Part shown: in pieces, positions 28,851-46,489 of the stretch | Layout: each line of letters starts with the position of its first letter | Numbering within the stretch: the first letter of the stretch is position 1 | Source: the human T2T-CHM13v2.0 reference genome, Homo sapiens | Assembly: GCF_009914755.1 (NCBI RefSeq) | Contig: NC_060936.1 | Strand: one strand, 5' to 3' | Length of the DNA stretch: 64,000 nt | Program-made: the position numbers and the translations under genes | The notes under the pieces: model-generated | Told to the model about the DNA's origin: nothing | The model's database searches: none | What the model saw: only the letters and a program-made list of their open reading frames with translations

Positions 28851-30124
28851 TTAAAACTACATAAGGTCGCACAACTAATATGAAGAAAAATAGAAATCCA
28901 AATTTGACTCCAAAGCATGGACATTTGCTTAATGGACATTGCTTAATGGTTATTAAGCAATACTGCCTTTGGCCCTTGCCCAACCATATGTTGTCTTCCT
29001 TTGGATTTTCTGTGGTTTCTGGCCTTTCCACTCAATATTGCTCAATCTTGGTCTCGGACTTGATATGTAACATTGGCCTGACCGCAAATATGCTTTTGCT
29101 TCTTGTACCAAGCCCTGGGGTCCTATTGTGCCTATCCCAGGACATGGACCTATCTCTGGTCACTACTTCTTACTTGGCTCTGGCAGCTCTAGGGCCCCAA
29201 GCTTTGCTATAGGACCCAAGTCAGCCAGCCATGTCCCCGCTCCGCCTCCCGCAAAATGAAAAACACTGGTCACATATGTTTGTGAAAAAACTTACTATAG
29301 ATCAATAAGTGGGAAAGATAAGGAGATTAAATGCCAAGTGGCGAGTTGTTTCTACCTTACTCTTACTGTACATCAAAAAGTGGGACATACAGAAAAGGTC
29401 GTAGATGTGTGTTCGTGACTCAACAACAAATCTCTGAGAATCAAGTAGCTAAAATATCATCATTATTATCATTATTACCAGATTTAGAATAGTGTTCTAT
29501 CAAACCTTAACACTTACAAACATCCAAATCATGTCCCTTCTTTCCCATTCTAAAATTGCATGCCAGCAAGGAATAACCTAATTATTTCAAAGGCATATAT
29601 TGAAGAAAGGATAACTTTCTCTCCCCTTTTCTTTCCATGACCACCAACAGTCCCCTAGTTTGAATGCTAAGAGTTTTTTGGGAATCACATTCAACTTCTG
29701 TGTGTCACTGAGCAATATTAAGGGCTGGCAAAGAAGAGCAAAATTTCTAAGAAGGAAAACGCAGAGCAAAGCCAGCTGTTCCTGCCAATGTACTAATTTA
29801 CATTTTTGCAAAATCAAAGCACCACAACGAGACACACTGCATTCAGTCGACTTCATGAGGTCACTCTATGCCATGTGCCCTTTTCAACTTTGTGACTGAA
29901 GCAGTAGGCACATCTTCATAAGGCTCTCAGAGTCTTCTGTGTCCAAAGAGGTGTATGCTTAGTGTTGCACATGCAAACATGGCATTCTCAGTTCATTTAC
30001 TCCAAGGCTCCTTAGCTCTCTTTTCATTTAGAAAAACTATTCTTTGACCTCCTCTGATGCTAATGATCTATTTTCTGTTTCCTTTCATGGATCACACAAA
30101 AGTTGAAATTGCATCCAGGCACCA

Positions 30125-30385
30125 GAGGGTAGAGGCTGGCTCTGGATCTAGACAGCCTGGGTCTGAATCTAGCTCTGCCATCCACAAACTGTGTGACTGG
30201 GCAATGTCCTTAATTCTCAGTCCTTTGATTTCCTCATTTGGGAACAATGAAATAGTACTTACTAGGAAGAGTTGTTTACCTGTTAAGCGTTTGTTGTGAG
30301 GGTTAAATGTACTAACATTTGTAAAATGTTGAAGACAGTGCTTGGTACATAGAAGATGCTTGATAAATATTAGCTGCTATTTTTA
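30125..30385 (+). mobile_element. MIR SINE
   Basis: 'gacagcctgggtctgaatctagctctgcca...ctgtgtgactgggcaa...gttgtgagggttaaatg...aaatattagctgctatt'. Confidence 0.85.
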
Positions 30386-30414
30386 CCCAATGTGGTATAT
30401 TAATATCGGCAGGC

Positions 30415-30600
30415 AGGGGTTGCAAACTCAAATATCTTCTAGGGTCAGAAATGTAAACAAATGACATAATAGGGTCCACAGCAATTTGAAGAGTGCATAG
30501 TTTGCCTAAAGTCTTCCAAATTCTAAGTGCTTTTTAAAGCACTGTGAAATCCAAACCAAACACATCTGCTGCTGAATTTAGTCTGGTGCAGAGAAATGTG
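30415..30600 (+). mobile_element. hAT-Charlie MITE (MER102-like, short)
   Basis: Begins 'caggggttgcaaactcaaat', ends 'cactgtg..ccaaaccaaacacatctgc'. A related copy lies near 46490-46700. Confidence 0.55.
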
Positions 30601-31574
30601 GGCTAGGAGAATTCTTCCATGAATGGTACAATAAATATTCTAGCTCTCTTTGCAGAATTAAGGAATTTCAGTTTATCCTTGTTTTTTAAGAAAATTACTG
30701 CGATGGATGTTTTACATCCAAGAAGACGGAACCATGCAGAATTGAAGCTTAGACATAAACCCAAAAGGAATAGTTATCATATGGGGTGAGTGAAAGGATT
30801 TGCTGGTGTCAATAACCAGAGCTGGCAGCTCCAGCCTCAGCTAGGGCAGCAGGGAAGCCTGTTAAGGAAAAGCACTTGGGAAATGAAGAACTCCCACAAC
30901 ATCCATGGTCTTGAGACTGACTAGGGCCAAGAGCAGCATTGTAGGAATGCAAACTGAGCTGTACTTGTCCTGTACATAGAAATACCAAGGAGGCTACAAG
31001 GATAGAAAGAAGAAATGAGTTTAGCAGCCAGAAGTCCTAAATTCCAGCTCCAGGATCACCACACAGAAACTGCCAACCTTGAGCAAGCTTCCTAGCTTCT
31101 TAGACCTATGCCATATATAAAAAGATGATCATTTTTGTTCTGACTACCTCACTGAGATACTTTGAATACTGAATAAAAATGGCATGTGAAAACTGTTCAG
31201 AAACTTTAGCATACTATGTGAAGAAAAGTTATTCTTTTTTAAGGCTTTTAGGCCAAATTGCATTTAAACAACAAAGCACTGCTTGAAAACCTGCATATAA
31301 CAACAATGTTTTGCAACATCCCCATGCCCTATTTACACTGGGAATTTGCGATACAATTGAAGCTATTATAGGTAGTTGGAGACAATCTTCTGAAGTTGCT
31401 CCTAATGGAATGAAATCTGTGCACTTTAGTAAACAGAAGAAAATTGTCACCCAAAACCCACAGCATTTTTTTACTCCACAATATTTTTTTCCTCCTATAT
31501 CTCTTCAAGGACTGTTTTAGAATAACTTAGAAGATATACTAACTTTAAATTAAAAAAAAATCTTCAGGACTCAA

Positions 31575-32950
31575 TTCACTCACTCACTCTCACTCATGTA
31601 TTCATTCAGATACAAATATTATCAGGCACTTAAATGCCATCCACTACACCAAGCTCTGGAAATATACTGATGAAAAGATATAGCCCCTGCATCTAATTAA
31701 TGTTGTCTATGGTGGGGAGAAAGACATTCCAACTACAGGACAATGGTACTGGCTACAGTGAAGGTGTGTGAAACAAGTAATGGGAGAATTGAGGAAAATC
31801 ATCTAATCTGTCTGGGATGTGAGAATGCCAGGCTGGCAGATGCAGTGGCAGATACACAAGGGCAAGTCAGAATGAGCATGGTGACTTCTATGCCAGTAGT
31901 TCAGGTCAAATGGAGCACAGAGAAGAAAAGTGAGACCAGAGGGCAATGACATTGAACATATTTTCAGGGGTAAGATGTTGAAGGCTCTCTGGGACACAGA
32001 AAGCAACATGTGAACTATTTGATAGTGAACCATTATAGAATATGAGTAATATAATGATATTTGTCTGTGAAAATCACTTCGGAGATAACAGAGGTCACAC
32101 CTAGAGCTAGGGATGTCAACTTGGAGGACACTGTGCTAAACAGGGCAGGAAATTATTAGTCCTTAATTATTGCAATTGCAGTTATGATGGCGAAGAGTAT
32201 ATCAGTTAGAATTATTTAGGGTTGGTGTTTGATTTGACTTAGAAAGCAAGGATAGAGAGGGAGGCAGGAAGAGAGAGAGAGAGAGAGGTGAGGAGTGGAG
32301 TGGGGGAGAGAGGGGGAGAGAGAGAGAGAGAGAATCTACTGTCACTTGGTACTCTATATGCCTATATGCTTTAGGCAATTGGGTAGATATATTTACCAAT
32401 ACAGGAAATAACAGAAGAGAAGATGTGGACAAATATGTGTGATTTGATTTTTAAATGACTAAATTTGAGTTACCTGTGTAGCATCTAAAGGCAAATGTCT
32501 ATGAAATGGTCAAATGACCAAATGATTATTAATGGTGTTTGGTTCTGGAGCTCTAGAGAGGAGTCTATTTGGAGATATAGGTTTTGGGAATCATCAGTAA
32601 ATACATATTTGATATCCTGGATGAAAATGATGTTGACTAGAGAGAATACATACAGTCAAAATAAAGGAGCTGGGACACACCTCTGAGGAACACCAGCATT
32701 TTGGAAAGCTGAGAAAGAACAGACAGAGTAGTAGTAGGAAAGGCCGGAGAATATAGTGCCATGAAGAAGGGAGGAGTCAACAGTGTCAAAATCTCCAGCT
32801 ACACAAGAAGCGAACACTTAACTGTCAATTAGGTCATGGGGACCATTATGATACTGTTTCATTGGAGTGATGGAGGTGAATCCATACTGTAGTGGATTAA
32901 TGGAAACTGAGAAAGTAGAGAATGAGGATAGACTACTCTTTCAAGGTGCC
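31575..32950 (-). mobile_element. L2 relic (fragmented)
   Basis: 'cattcagatacaaatattatcaggcact' terminus; body 'gagatataggttttgggaatcatcag', 'ctgaggaacaccagcattt'. Confidence 0.65.
32253..32333 (+). repeat. GA-rich low-complexity / (GA)n tract
   Basis: Directly visible polypurine run. Confidence 0.85.
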
Positions 32951-33381
32951 TGACTTTGAGGCTGTATAATAGAATATAAAGTTTTTAGTGATTATTTTAG
33001 CTTGCACAAAATTAGAAAGTATAAAATGTAGTAAAATGTTAACATATTTGCAGGGTGAATGTTGGCAGTGATGGTAGAACAAGAAAATGACCCATAAAAC
33101 TGGCAAATAAATTGGTTAGACTTTTAAAATCTATATACAGTGAATATGGTTGGCTGCTTGTAAGATTGTCTATGAATGCGATGGGGAATTTGGAAACACA
33201 TAAAAGCCTAATTGAGGTGACAAAGTTTACCCTAGGGAGACAGGAGAAGAATATATGCATAACTTAGAAGGCAAGAACATAACTCAATTATATTGTTTTT
33301 GACAATATACTGCAAGGCAAAAGTCAGGCTGGGGCAAGAAGAGGAACCTATAAGCCAGAAGTTGGGGCATTTCTCTAGGGA

Positions 33382-33825
33382 TGTGGCAGCCATGGGGTTG
33401 TGCTGCTCAGATCTCCCTTCAAGAAAGGACTTGTTGCTGATGATCTCCAGCTGCTGCATCTTCAAGATGTGCCCCAGTTTCTTGACATTATATTCTCTCT
33501 GCACCACTCTAGCCAATGACTGAGTAGATCAGGGGCACTAGAGACAGGCCATTCCTGTCCATTGAGAGATTCCGCTTATGGCCAGTTTTTGCTCTTTGGT
33601 TCCTCATCAGTCTGGCTACACTGCAGTGTGAGGCTCTTCTTAATTGATTCTTTCTTTTTTCCCTCTCTCCTTTCAAAAGTGTCAGACCAGCATCATGGTC
33701 CAATGACTCTTCCCACCTATTTCTGCTCCCTTTCCCCACTTTCCTTCTCAAGAATTTCCTCCAATAAATCTCTTGCCCATCTATTTCCATCTTGGACTCT
33801 GTCTTGTAGGATGGACACTGACACA
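33382..33825 (+). mobile_element. ERVL solo LTR (LTR16C-like)
   Basis: 'tgtggcagccatgggg..gtgctgctcagatctcccttcaag', 'gccaatgactgag', 'ccaataaatctcttg', ends 'actgacaca'. Confidence 0.85.
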
Positions 33826-34691
33826 GGATAGATGCAGAAGTTTTAAATTGTCAGGGCATAACTTTTCCAATCATAAGAGAAGTGTGATCTACCTAAGTCA
33901 GGGATCACTTAGCACATCCCATTGTAGCAGTGGAATGTTTCTCTTGAAGGTCCTACCTCCCTTTATTCTGATCCACCCAAGATCATGCCTTTTGTGGAGA
34001 GAAAACTATCAGGTTTCCTATTAGAGTTTGGGCACTTTATCCTCTATTTGATAGTCTTATTTTCTTCTTCTCTGCATTTCAAGTAACTCTCTCCCATGAT
34101 CTATTATTCTATTTTCTATTATTTCAATCATTTTCTTTTCAATATCTTCAGCACCTTGCCCCATGACCTTTCATTCCATCCACCTAGATGAAGCCGAGTG
34201 TCCAACTGCTTACCTTCTCCATATCTTTATAAAGGCTACTCAATGTTGCTGGAGAGAATATTTAAATTGGTGCCATTCTAAGTCCATAATGAGTTTTAGC
34301 TGGCAACTGCTTATATATTCGGTTGAGTCCTGATAACTGCCTATACTTCTAGATATGCTTTGTAGGCATTTTGAACACAATGTATCTAAACTTCATCTGA
34401 TTTTCTTCTAGCATTTCGCCCTTTTTTTTTTTTTTACATTGGCTCTAACAGGAAGGGATCTTGTATTTCTTATTTAAATAAATGGCACCAAAGGCTTGAG
34501 CATTGGTTTCTTAAGCACCAGTTCTTCATACCAGGACATCCAATCTGTTGCCAACTTCTGCCAGTTCTGACATCTAAATAGATTTTAACTTTATATTAGC
34601 CTTCGTGAATTCTTTAAAATTCAGTGGAAATAAACAGATGAATGACTGGTTGTTAAGGGGAGAAGAGAATAAGATATAGAATCACGTATGC

Positions 34692-34866
34692 CAATGTTTG
34701 TCAACTCTAGCTGTGAGTTAGAATCAGTAGAGTAGCTTTAAACAATATCAGTACTTGGGCTGCACCCCTCAAAGATATTATTCCCCTTCATCTGAGTTGG
34801 GCCTCCAGGTTTCTGTTCAGCAATCTCCAGGTGATTCTAATATGTATCCAGGGTTGACAACTACTG
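34692..34866. mobile_element. MER5-like hAT-Charlie MITE
   Basis: Terminal inverted ends 'caatgtttgtcaac...gttgacaactactg' and 'ccaggtgattctaat'. Confidence 0.75.
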
Positions 34867-36329
34867 ACATAGAGTCCAAAGAGAAGTTGTTTGTTGTTAA
34901 TTGTATCATCGTTTTATGATAAAAGCACGTTTATGTACTGAGAGAAAAATGCTAATGAAGAAGGTTGAAGATTCTCAGGGAGGGGGGTAATTGATGGAGC
35001 TAGTGAGGGTATAAGATTTATAATGAATAGAATAGTCATTTCTCTGGCACTCTGGGGAAGGAGGAAAGGAAATATACAGATCTAGAGATGTTTATAGATA
35101 TGAGGAGCAGGAAAGGAATTGGAGTGAGTTTCTTTGTGATGTCTTTTACTGTTTTCCAAGAAATAGGCAACAAATATATCAGCTGAGAGGGAGGCTGAAA
35201 ACTCATTACACCAAGATCCTGGCACTGGGTAAACACGGACTTCTGTGGAAATCTTTTCTCCCAAATAATTTATCATTCTAATGGCAAAATAACTCATATG
35301 TTTCTGCCCCTCCCCAAACAGGTATTACAGTGATAACCACAAACCAAGTGCTCAAAAAACATTTTGATTGATCTCAACTCATAGCTTATTTTTTCCTTTT
35401 CTGTTATTGAAATAATTCTCCTTTATTTTTTCTTCCTTATCCTAAAAGCTTTTTATTATGTACCCACTCCAAGTCATTGCTTTTTTCCCCCTCCTCAGGG
35501 GTTAAGTTTAAACTCTTCCCTTTCATAAAGCTCACAGGTCTTCGCTTTCACAAAATCCACACTGGGATACTTTCTGGCAAAAGGATACAGTGACAGTTTT
35601 CAGTACTACAGATACATCTCTTTTGGATTCCACAAGGCAGCATATCATTTTGTGTGTGAACATCACTTTTAATAGAGTCAAACTAAGGAAATGAATGCAT
35701 AAGTACATACATCTTGTGTAAAATATATTTTCAGTTTTTCAACACAATGACAAGCACATATGAACATACTCCTTTAAGAAATACTTTCTTAAATGAAATT
35801 CTGTGTGACATTATTTGATACAGACCAAGTCAGTTCAAATCAAACCTAGAGAGTTCAGACTGCCTTTCAATTAAGGATAGCCCAAAAGGCCCATGGACAT
35901 TTCAGAAATTATACAGGTAGACAGAAAGTTCACTTTAATGTATGGATACTTAGTTACATGTGGAAACTTCTGTATTAGTATGAAATAAACTTTTGCTAGG
36001 TGCTCCATGTCCTGTACTTCATGTGTATGTGCTACCTTACTTATGTATGTTCACACTTACTTGTGAAAATCCCACAATAAGGTTTGGATTTATCAACCAG
36101 CAACATTCTGAGACCCAGCTCCATGTAGTGTTTTACAGAGATCTGAAAATAAATGTAAGGTCCAGTCTTCTTCTGTAAAACATATACAACATAGACTAGT
36201 CAGGATATTAAGGTATTTGAGACACAAAATATCTGATAAAAAAGCATTTACTTAATATTTAATGTACTGGATGTTTGAATTCCTATTATGTGTCATATGT
36301 GTGCTAGGCAGTATGAACAACTGAAGCCT

Positions 36330-36582
36330 CTTCCTTGACCAGTTTATATAAACCAGGTCTACACATAACTCTCTATTCCCTTGCTTGTTTTATTTTTATT
36401 TTTGCCATTTTAAATTGTTTTCTAGAACTTAGTGCTGGAAATAGTATGCATGCATTTGTTTATGGTCTGTCTTCCTCCATTGGAATAAAAGCAGGGATTT
36501 TTTGTTTGTGTTGAATTCCTAGAATTTAATGTAGTGCTTAGAACGTAAAAATGCTCAATAAGTATTTGTTGAATAAACGAAG
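36330..36582 (+). mobile_element. L2 3' end
   Basis: 'tgtcttcctccattggaat...gctcaataagtatttgttgaataaa'. Confidence 0.7.
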
Positions 36583-37649
36583 AACTCCTGCAAACTAGAA
36601 TTAGAGTAGGGCAAGACTAATATAAACTAACAGTGTTCAAGAAGCTCCATAGAGGAAAGTCCTCTTGGCCTAGCAGGGAATGAGAGGTGGGATGCTCACA
36701 TGGGGAGAAGATGCCAGCTAAGGAGAAAGACAGAGTATCTCATAGCACAGTCTCTGAGGGCATCTGTTAATGTAATGGTTAAATCATTTCCTTGCCATGG
36801 GTTTCTGTAAAATTAGTTTCACATGTGGTCTTTCCCATTCCTAGAATTGGTAAGTATTTTTCAAATCCCCAAACGCTTTTGTTATGGTGGCTGTAAAGTT
36901 GAGTTTGAGAACTGCCTGGCATATGAAAAATAGGATAAACTTTTGTAGAAGCCATCAGTCGGATTGTAAAATTTATAAAAGCGTAAGAAGGATGGGCTTT
37001 TCTGTTCCAAATATCCTTATGGAGATTTAATTCCAATGGCATCCATGCAAATTTCCCAAAGCCTTATGGAATGACTGGGATTGATCGCAGTTGGGGCTGT
37101 GTTCTAGGCTGCAGTGAACACAGTTGGATCACAGAGACCTTTGTTTAGTCCTGGGGCCGGGTAAGCAGATATACCCATTCTCCTCATACCAAATTACAGT
37201 CATCTGTCTAAGGGAGTTATGATATTGTTAAAGGGCCATCAATCTCTTTCTTTATATGAGGATTCATCCAAGCACAACACTGTGGATACAAACAGGTGGC
37301 CTTAATTGGCTACTACCTTCCTAATCTAGTTCTTAAAGGGTACAGTTTGGATTTCAAAACCAGACCGTAAACTTGAGTTCAGAAATGGAGCAAATGCTCA
37401 GATGGTCATGCTCTTTTAAGGAAGAATTTTAAACAGAGTGACATCTGGTCAGAGAGTGAGGGCACAAGGTAAATATATCAGAATTGCTCATGACCAGACC
37501 TTTCCCACACCAAAGCACAGCCAGTTTAACAAAGTCCATGATTAGTAGTAGAGAAAGTAAGGTAGTTGTTCATAGTTCCCAGGAAAAAGTGAAGCAGTGT
37601 GCAAAAAATTAGGAGAGTTTGAGCAAATTCTCCAAGGCCTACTGAAAGC

Positions 37650-37825
37650 TATGTCTCCACCAGGTTAAATTCCAGCTTCAGCTCTGCAGCCCTGGATAAG
37701 TTACCTATGGGTAACCTACTTGAGTCTCAGTTTCCTCATATATACCATGAAGATAAGGGTACCTTTTCTACAGAGTTGTAGTATAATTAGTGTAGTTAAG
37801 TGGTCAACGATTGCTAGACTTAATT
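37650..37825 (+). mobile_element. MIR SINE
   Basis: 'gagtctcagtttcctcatatatacc'. Confidence 0.65.
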
Positions 37826-37834
37826 ATTTTTATT

Positions 37835-38226
37835 AAAGAAAATGTGGCACATATACACCATGGAATATTATGCAGCCATAAAAAATGATGAGTTCATGTC
37901 CTTTGTAGGGACATGGATGAAGTTGGAAATCATCATTCTCAGTAAACTATCACAAGAACAAAAAACCAAACACCGCATATTCTCACTCATAGGTGGGAAT
38001 TGAACAATGAGAACACATGGACACAGGAAGGGGAACATCACACTCTGGGGACTGTTGTGGGGTGGGGGGAGGGGGGAGGGATAGCTTTAGGAGATGTACC
38101 TAATGCTAAATGACGTGTTAATGGGTGCAGCACACCAGCATGGCACATGTATACATATGTAACTAACCTGCACATTGTGCACATGTACCCTAAAACTTAA
38201 AGTATAATAATAATAAAATAAAAAAA
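37835..38226 (+). mobile_element. 5'-truncated L1 (L1PA3-like): end of ORF2, 3' UTR and poly-A
   Basis: 'aagaaaatgtggcacatatacaccatgg...ggtgggaattgaacaatgag...cacaccagcatggcac...gtaactaacc...taaaacttaaagtataataa'. Confidence 0.97.
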
Positions 38227-40110
38227 GGGAACTAAGGTGGTTAGAAAATTCAAAGGGTAAAAATTAAAGAAATTAAATCAATAATTCCAGAACAAAAAAG
38301 AAGTACACCAGCCATTCCACCTGTTTCTTAATTTTTCAAAAAAGAAAGAAAAGATCAATCAACTTATGTTTTATAATAGCCTCTCATTTGGAATCTAAAG
38401 CATGTCCAAGTTTACCATAGCAATTGACAGATAAGAAAGCATAAAAGGAAGAAGGAAACTGGATGGAGGAACAGGTGGACTAGTGTCAAGGCTGTAGTAG
38501 AATATGTCTTTTAATCAACCAATTGCCCTATTCTCTACTAGAGGTCTAACCCTACTCTTTGCTTTTACAGACACTTATAATACGTAATAACTTACATTGT
38601 ATCTAACTAGCATTGATCAAATTACAAACAAAATATAAACAATGTGCACTGACCAGAAGAAGACTATAATTAAAGTCTCTTGACTAAACATGACTATATA
38701 ACTATGCTTAATATACCAGGATATCAGCCTCCTAAAATTAATTATCTCCCTAATGCAAGTTGTGTGCTATCAGAATAACCAATTTACTTTTTTCAACAAT
38801 CTATTCACACCAGTTTGCAATTAAGATTCAAAAAGCCAAGTCCTGATGAGCAAGGAAGTCATAAATGATGCATGACTGTCCTACTTTTATGTAATGTTAC
38901 ATCTATTATTCTGCTTTAATTGCCTAGCATGCTTTTTAATTTGTGAAAAATTAATGCTGGGGTTATTTTATACAGATTATACCCACTTTGAAGGTAACCA
39001 TTCTAGGAAGCATATTATAAATATAAGTATGTCATCTTTTTAAATTTAGCAAGCTGATTCCTAAAATGGTCAATTAAATTTTAATAGTTTTTTTTGTTTA
39101 ACTGACATCCTTTTTAGTCCAAAGATTCTAATGAACCAATTATCTATTGTTTCATCTTGCTTCATAACAGGGTGAAATATTTCTTGGGTATTTTCATCAC
39201 TGTTTTTGTGTTCAGAATTTAAGGATTCAGGAACACTCACATCTTAGAAAATGTCCAGTACTTTAAACTGTTGAATCTCCATTCTGTTCAGAACAACTCT
39301 CTGGGAGTTGTAGTGCCCAAAGCGAAACTCTTGGTTGCCTGTGATCTTGACTCTGGCAATGCTACTACTCCACAATCCCTCCTTTAGTAAATTCCACTGC
39401 CATGCTAGGATCCTGGGTTAAGGCAATGTTCCAGGCAAGTGTTTTAATTATAAAGAACAGATAGCCTCGCTGAGATAAGGCAGAAGAGGAAAGTTGTAAA
39501 GATACAAAAGGGTAATTTTGTAGACATCCAAAGACAGCCAAGACTCACGTATATTGTATCTGGAAGCTGCAAAATCAGAAAATGAAATTCTCTTCTATCT
39601 CCCAGTGACTGCATTAGTTGTGCATATTCCTTTTGTGCATGACCAGACTGGCAACCAGTCCCTAATCCCTAGCATGACCCATTTGACCAAGCATCCTCCA
39701 CTTTGTTGTCTCTTGGTTTGGGTTATGAAAAGGGAAAAGCTCTGAAATGCTAAGCTTATTTCTTGGGAATGCTCTTTGCAACAGGCCATGCCATAGGTTT
39801 CTGGTCAGCCAAAGATAGGGAGTCCTTGGCTTAGGAATCTTCTGTGGTCCCCTAATCTGTGGTCAGAAGAGAGGGTCACATGATCAATAGGGTTGATTTT
39901 CCAGGGCCTGTGGGAGGCAGGCACTCACAATGAATTTGTCTCCATCATGACTGCTATTGTTACTTCAAGCAAATATGCATAATTAAGTTCTCATAAATGT
40001 AAGCTATCATTATAAATACCATCATCACTATCAGAGTTCATTCATTCAACACATATTTGTTAATATTCCATTATGTGCCAGTCACTCTCTGAGACTGGAC
40101 ATAAAGATGA

Positions 40111-40792
<682 letters not shown>

Positions 40793-41342
40793 GATGAAGA
40801 AAGTCTTTATTTGAAATAAAGCAGATCCTAAACATTAAGGAACTGATATACTTACGAGACAGATTGGGAAGAGGAAAGGATGGTCACCTTCCAAGTGACA
40901 GAGGACAGGTGGAAAATTTTCCTCCAGTGAAACGGAAGGGATACTAAAATGATGATGAGAAATGCCTCGCCTAGGTGTTGGTGGATTAAAGGCTGAGAGA
41001 GTCAGGCAGAAAAAAGAAATATCCAAAGGGAAGATCCAGCTAACCTACAAATCTTAGGATGATACTGAATGATAAGGCTCATCCTCTGCTTCGTCTGAAC
41101 CCATGTGGATTAACTCAAAGTTTTCTAATATATATGAAGTTACAGTCCCTGACAAAATTATCTGAACAAATGTCCTCTAAGATGTATGTTAATGCTTTGT
41201 TTTAGAATCACTGTTGTAAACTCAGATACTTAATACAGGGTCCAAGCAGTTCAAACAAATGAGTAGAACATACCAGATATAATATGGCAAGATCTAAGGT
41301 GATTGAGAGAGCACGTATTCTGTCTAAAGAGAGAAGCCATGA

Positions 41343-44672
<3,330 letters not shown>

Positions 44673-44948
44673 TACTTAAAATGTATTTTTAGACAATAGA
44701 ATTCCAAATTTAAGAAAAAAGGCTCACTGAGGGTCACTCAAAATATGTCTGGTCCAGTTTGTGGTCTATAAATTGCAAGCCCTGTTTGACAGTGAAGAGT
44801 GCAGATTGACCTGGCAATCACAGTCTTGCTTTGAGGAGACTCACATGAGGGGAACTCCAGATGCTGCGTCCTAGAAGTTGATGGAGCTGTCCTGAGTTGC
44901 CCAAAGTGGGACACTATTATCCATGGAGAAATCAACAGGGTTAGCAAC

Positions 44949-45422
44949 TGTGGTAGACTGAATAATAGGCCCCCAAAGAGGTCTGTGTTTTAATTCTTGG
45001 GACCTGTGAATATTACTTTATGTGGTAAAAGGGACTTTGTCGATGTGATTAAGTTAACTATCTTGCCATGGGAGATTATCCTGGATTAGTAGGCCCAATA
45101 TAATCACTGGAGTTCTTACAAGAGGGAGGGTCAGAATCAGAGAGAGAAGGAGATATGATGGCTGATGAAGAGGTCAGATGGGGCATTGCTATAAGGGGAC
45201 CATTAGCCAAGGAATGAGGTGGTCTATAGAAGGTGGAAAAGGCAAGGAACCAATTTTTCCCCTAGAATCTCCGGAAGGAATTAGCCTTGTAGACACCTTG
45301 ACATTAGCCAAAAACAGTGATTTTGCACTTGTAACTTCCAGAACTATAAGATAATAAATTTGTATTCTTGAAGCTACCATGTTTGCAGTCATATGTTACA
45401 GCAGCCATAGGAATCTAACACA
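44949..45422 (+). mobile_element. MaLR solo LTR (MLT1D-like)
   Basis: 'tgtggtagactgaataat..cccccaaag', 'gggagattatcctggatta', 'aataaatttgt', ends 'atctaacaca'. Confidence 0.9.
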
Positions 45423-45689
45423 GCCATACAGAAGTTCACAAAGAGTTGGACAACCTCTTCTGGTCAGAGAGAAGGCTGTGGGAGGGGAGAGTCAAAGAGG
45501 AAACATTTTCACCGGACCCATGCCATGAATTTAAGAGCTCCTTGACCCTGAAGGAAACTACTGTCTATTAGAAGGCCCTCAGCCTTCTCTACATAAACAA
45601 TTATTCTGCTGGGAGCCCAGGACAGTAGCCATCAATCATCTCCAGTTCTGATCAGACCATTTCCAAAGCCCACAGATGAAAGGGGATGC

Positions 45690-45880
45690 AGAGCAACATG
45701 ATGGAAAGAACATCATCTTTAAAATAAATGAGATACTTTGAGTGACGGCCTACCTGAGCCTCAATGTCATTATCTGCAAAATGGGAATAATAATATCACA
45801 CAGAGTTATGAGACAGTAGAATGAAAAACCTCTACCATAGTGCTTTGTGAATATAGGAACCCTATAAATGGAAGAAATTG
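45690..45880 (+). mobile_element. MIR fragment
   Basis: 'ctgagcctcaatgtcattatctgcaaaatgggaataata'. Confidence 0.65.
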
Positions 45881-46489
45881 ATTTGTTATTCCCTACTGCT
45901 ACTCTTTATTCTGCAGATTTGCTATTATCACAAGATTAAGTTTTGCTCCCTATTCTCAGCAAATTAGCGCTCAATGGGAATGACAACAAAAATCTTTACA
46001 TCTCATTTCAATGTCCTAATCTCCCAAAGACAGTGAATGAACATATGCTTCCGGCACTGTTAAAACGTTAGACTTACAATAAAACCTCCTGTCACTGGAA
46101 TGTCAAAAGAATGAGAGGCTTCTCAAAAAGTTAACCATCCTAAGTCATCCTGACAACTATCATGTCCAATATGTACACTGTGTTGCTGATGCTTGTTAAA
46201 GAAGAGTTCAATTGTAGCAGCTTCAGACTGTGTGCTTGTGGCATTCAGCAGTCTTCAGGCTCTGCAAAGATGCACAGTAACATTTTGACCAAGATTTCCA
46301 CAGTATTATTGCATTAATTAATACTGTGCAATATGTAAAGCAACATGAGCAGAGAATATGTAAAGCAACATGAATTCACAGACTTGTTCTTGAATAAAAC
46401 AGGCAATGGGCACAAACACATTTTAGAGTAGACTAAAAATATAACCAACACTTGGGAAATAGAGGTTCACTGAACTTTGAAATCCAAAA

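Noticed and set aside
38059-38080. G-quadruplex motif ggggtggggggaggggggaggg (also near 44502)
   Set aside because: Standard feature of the L1PA 3' UTR, not locus-specific.
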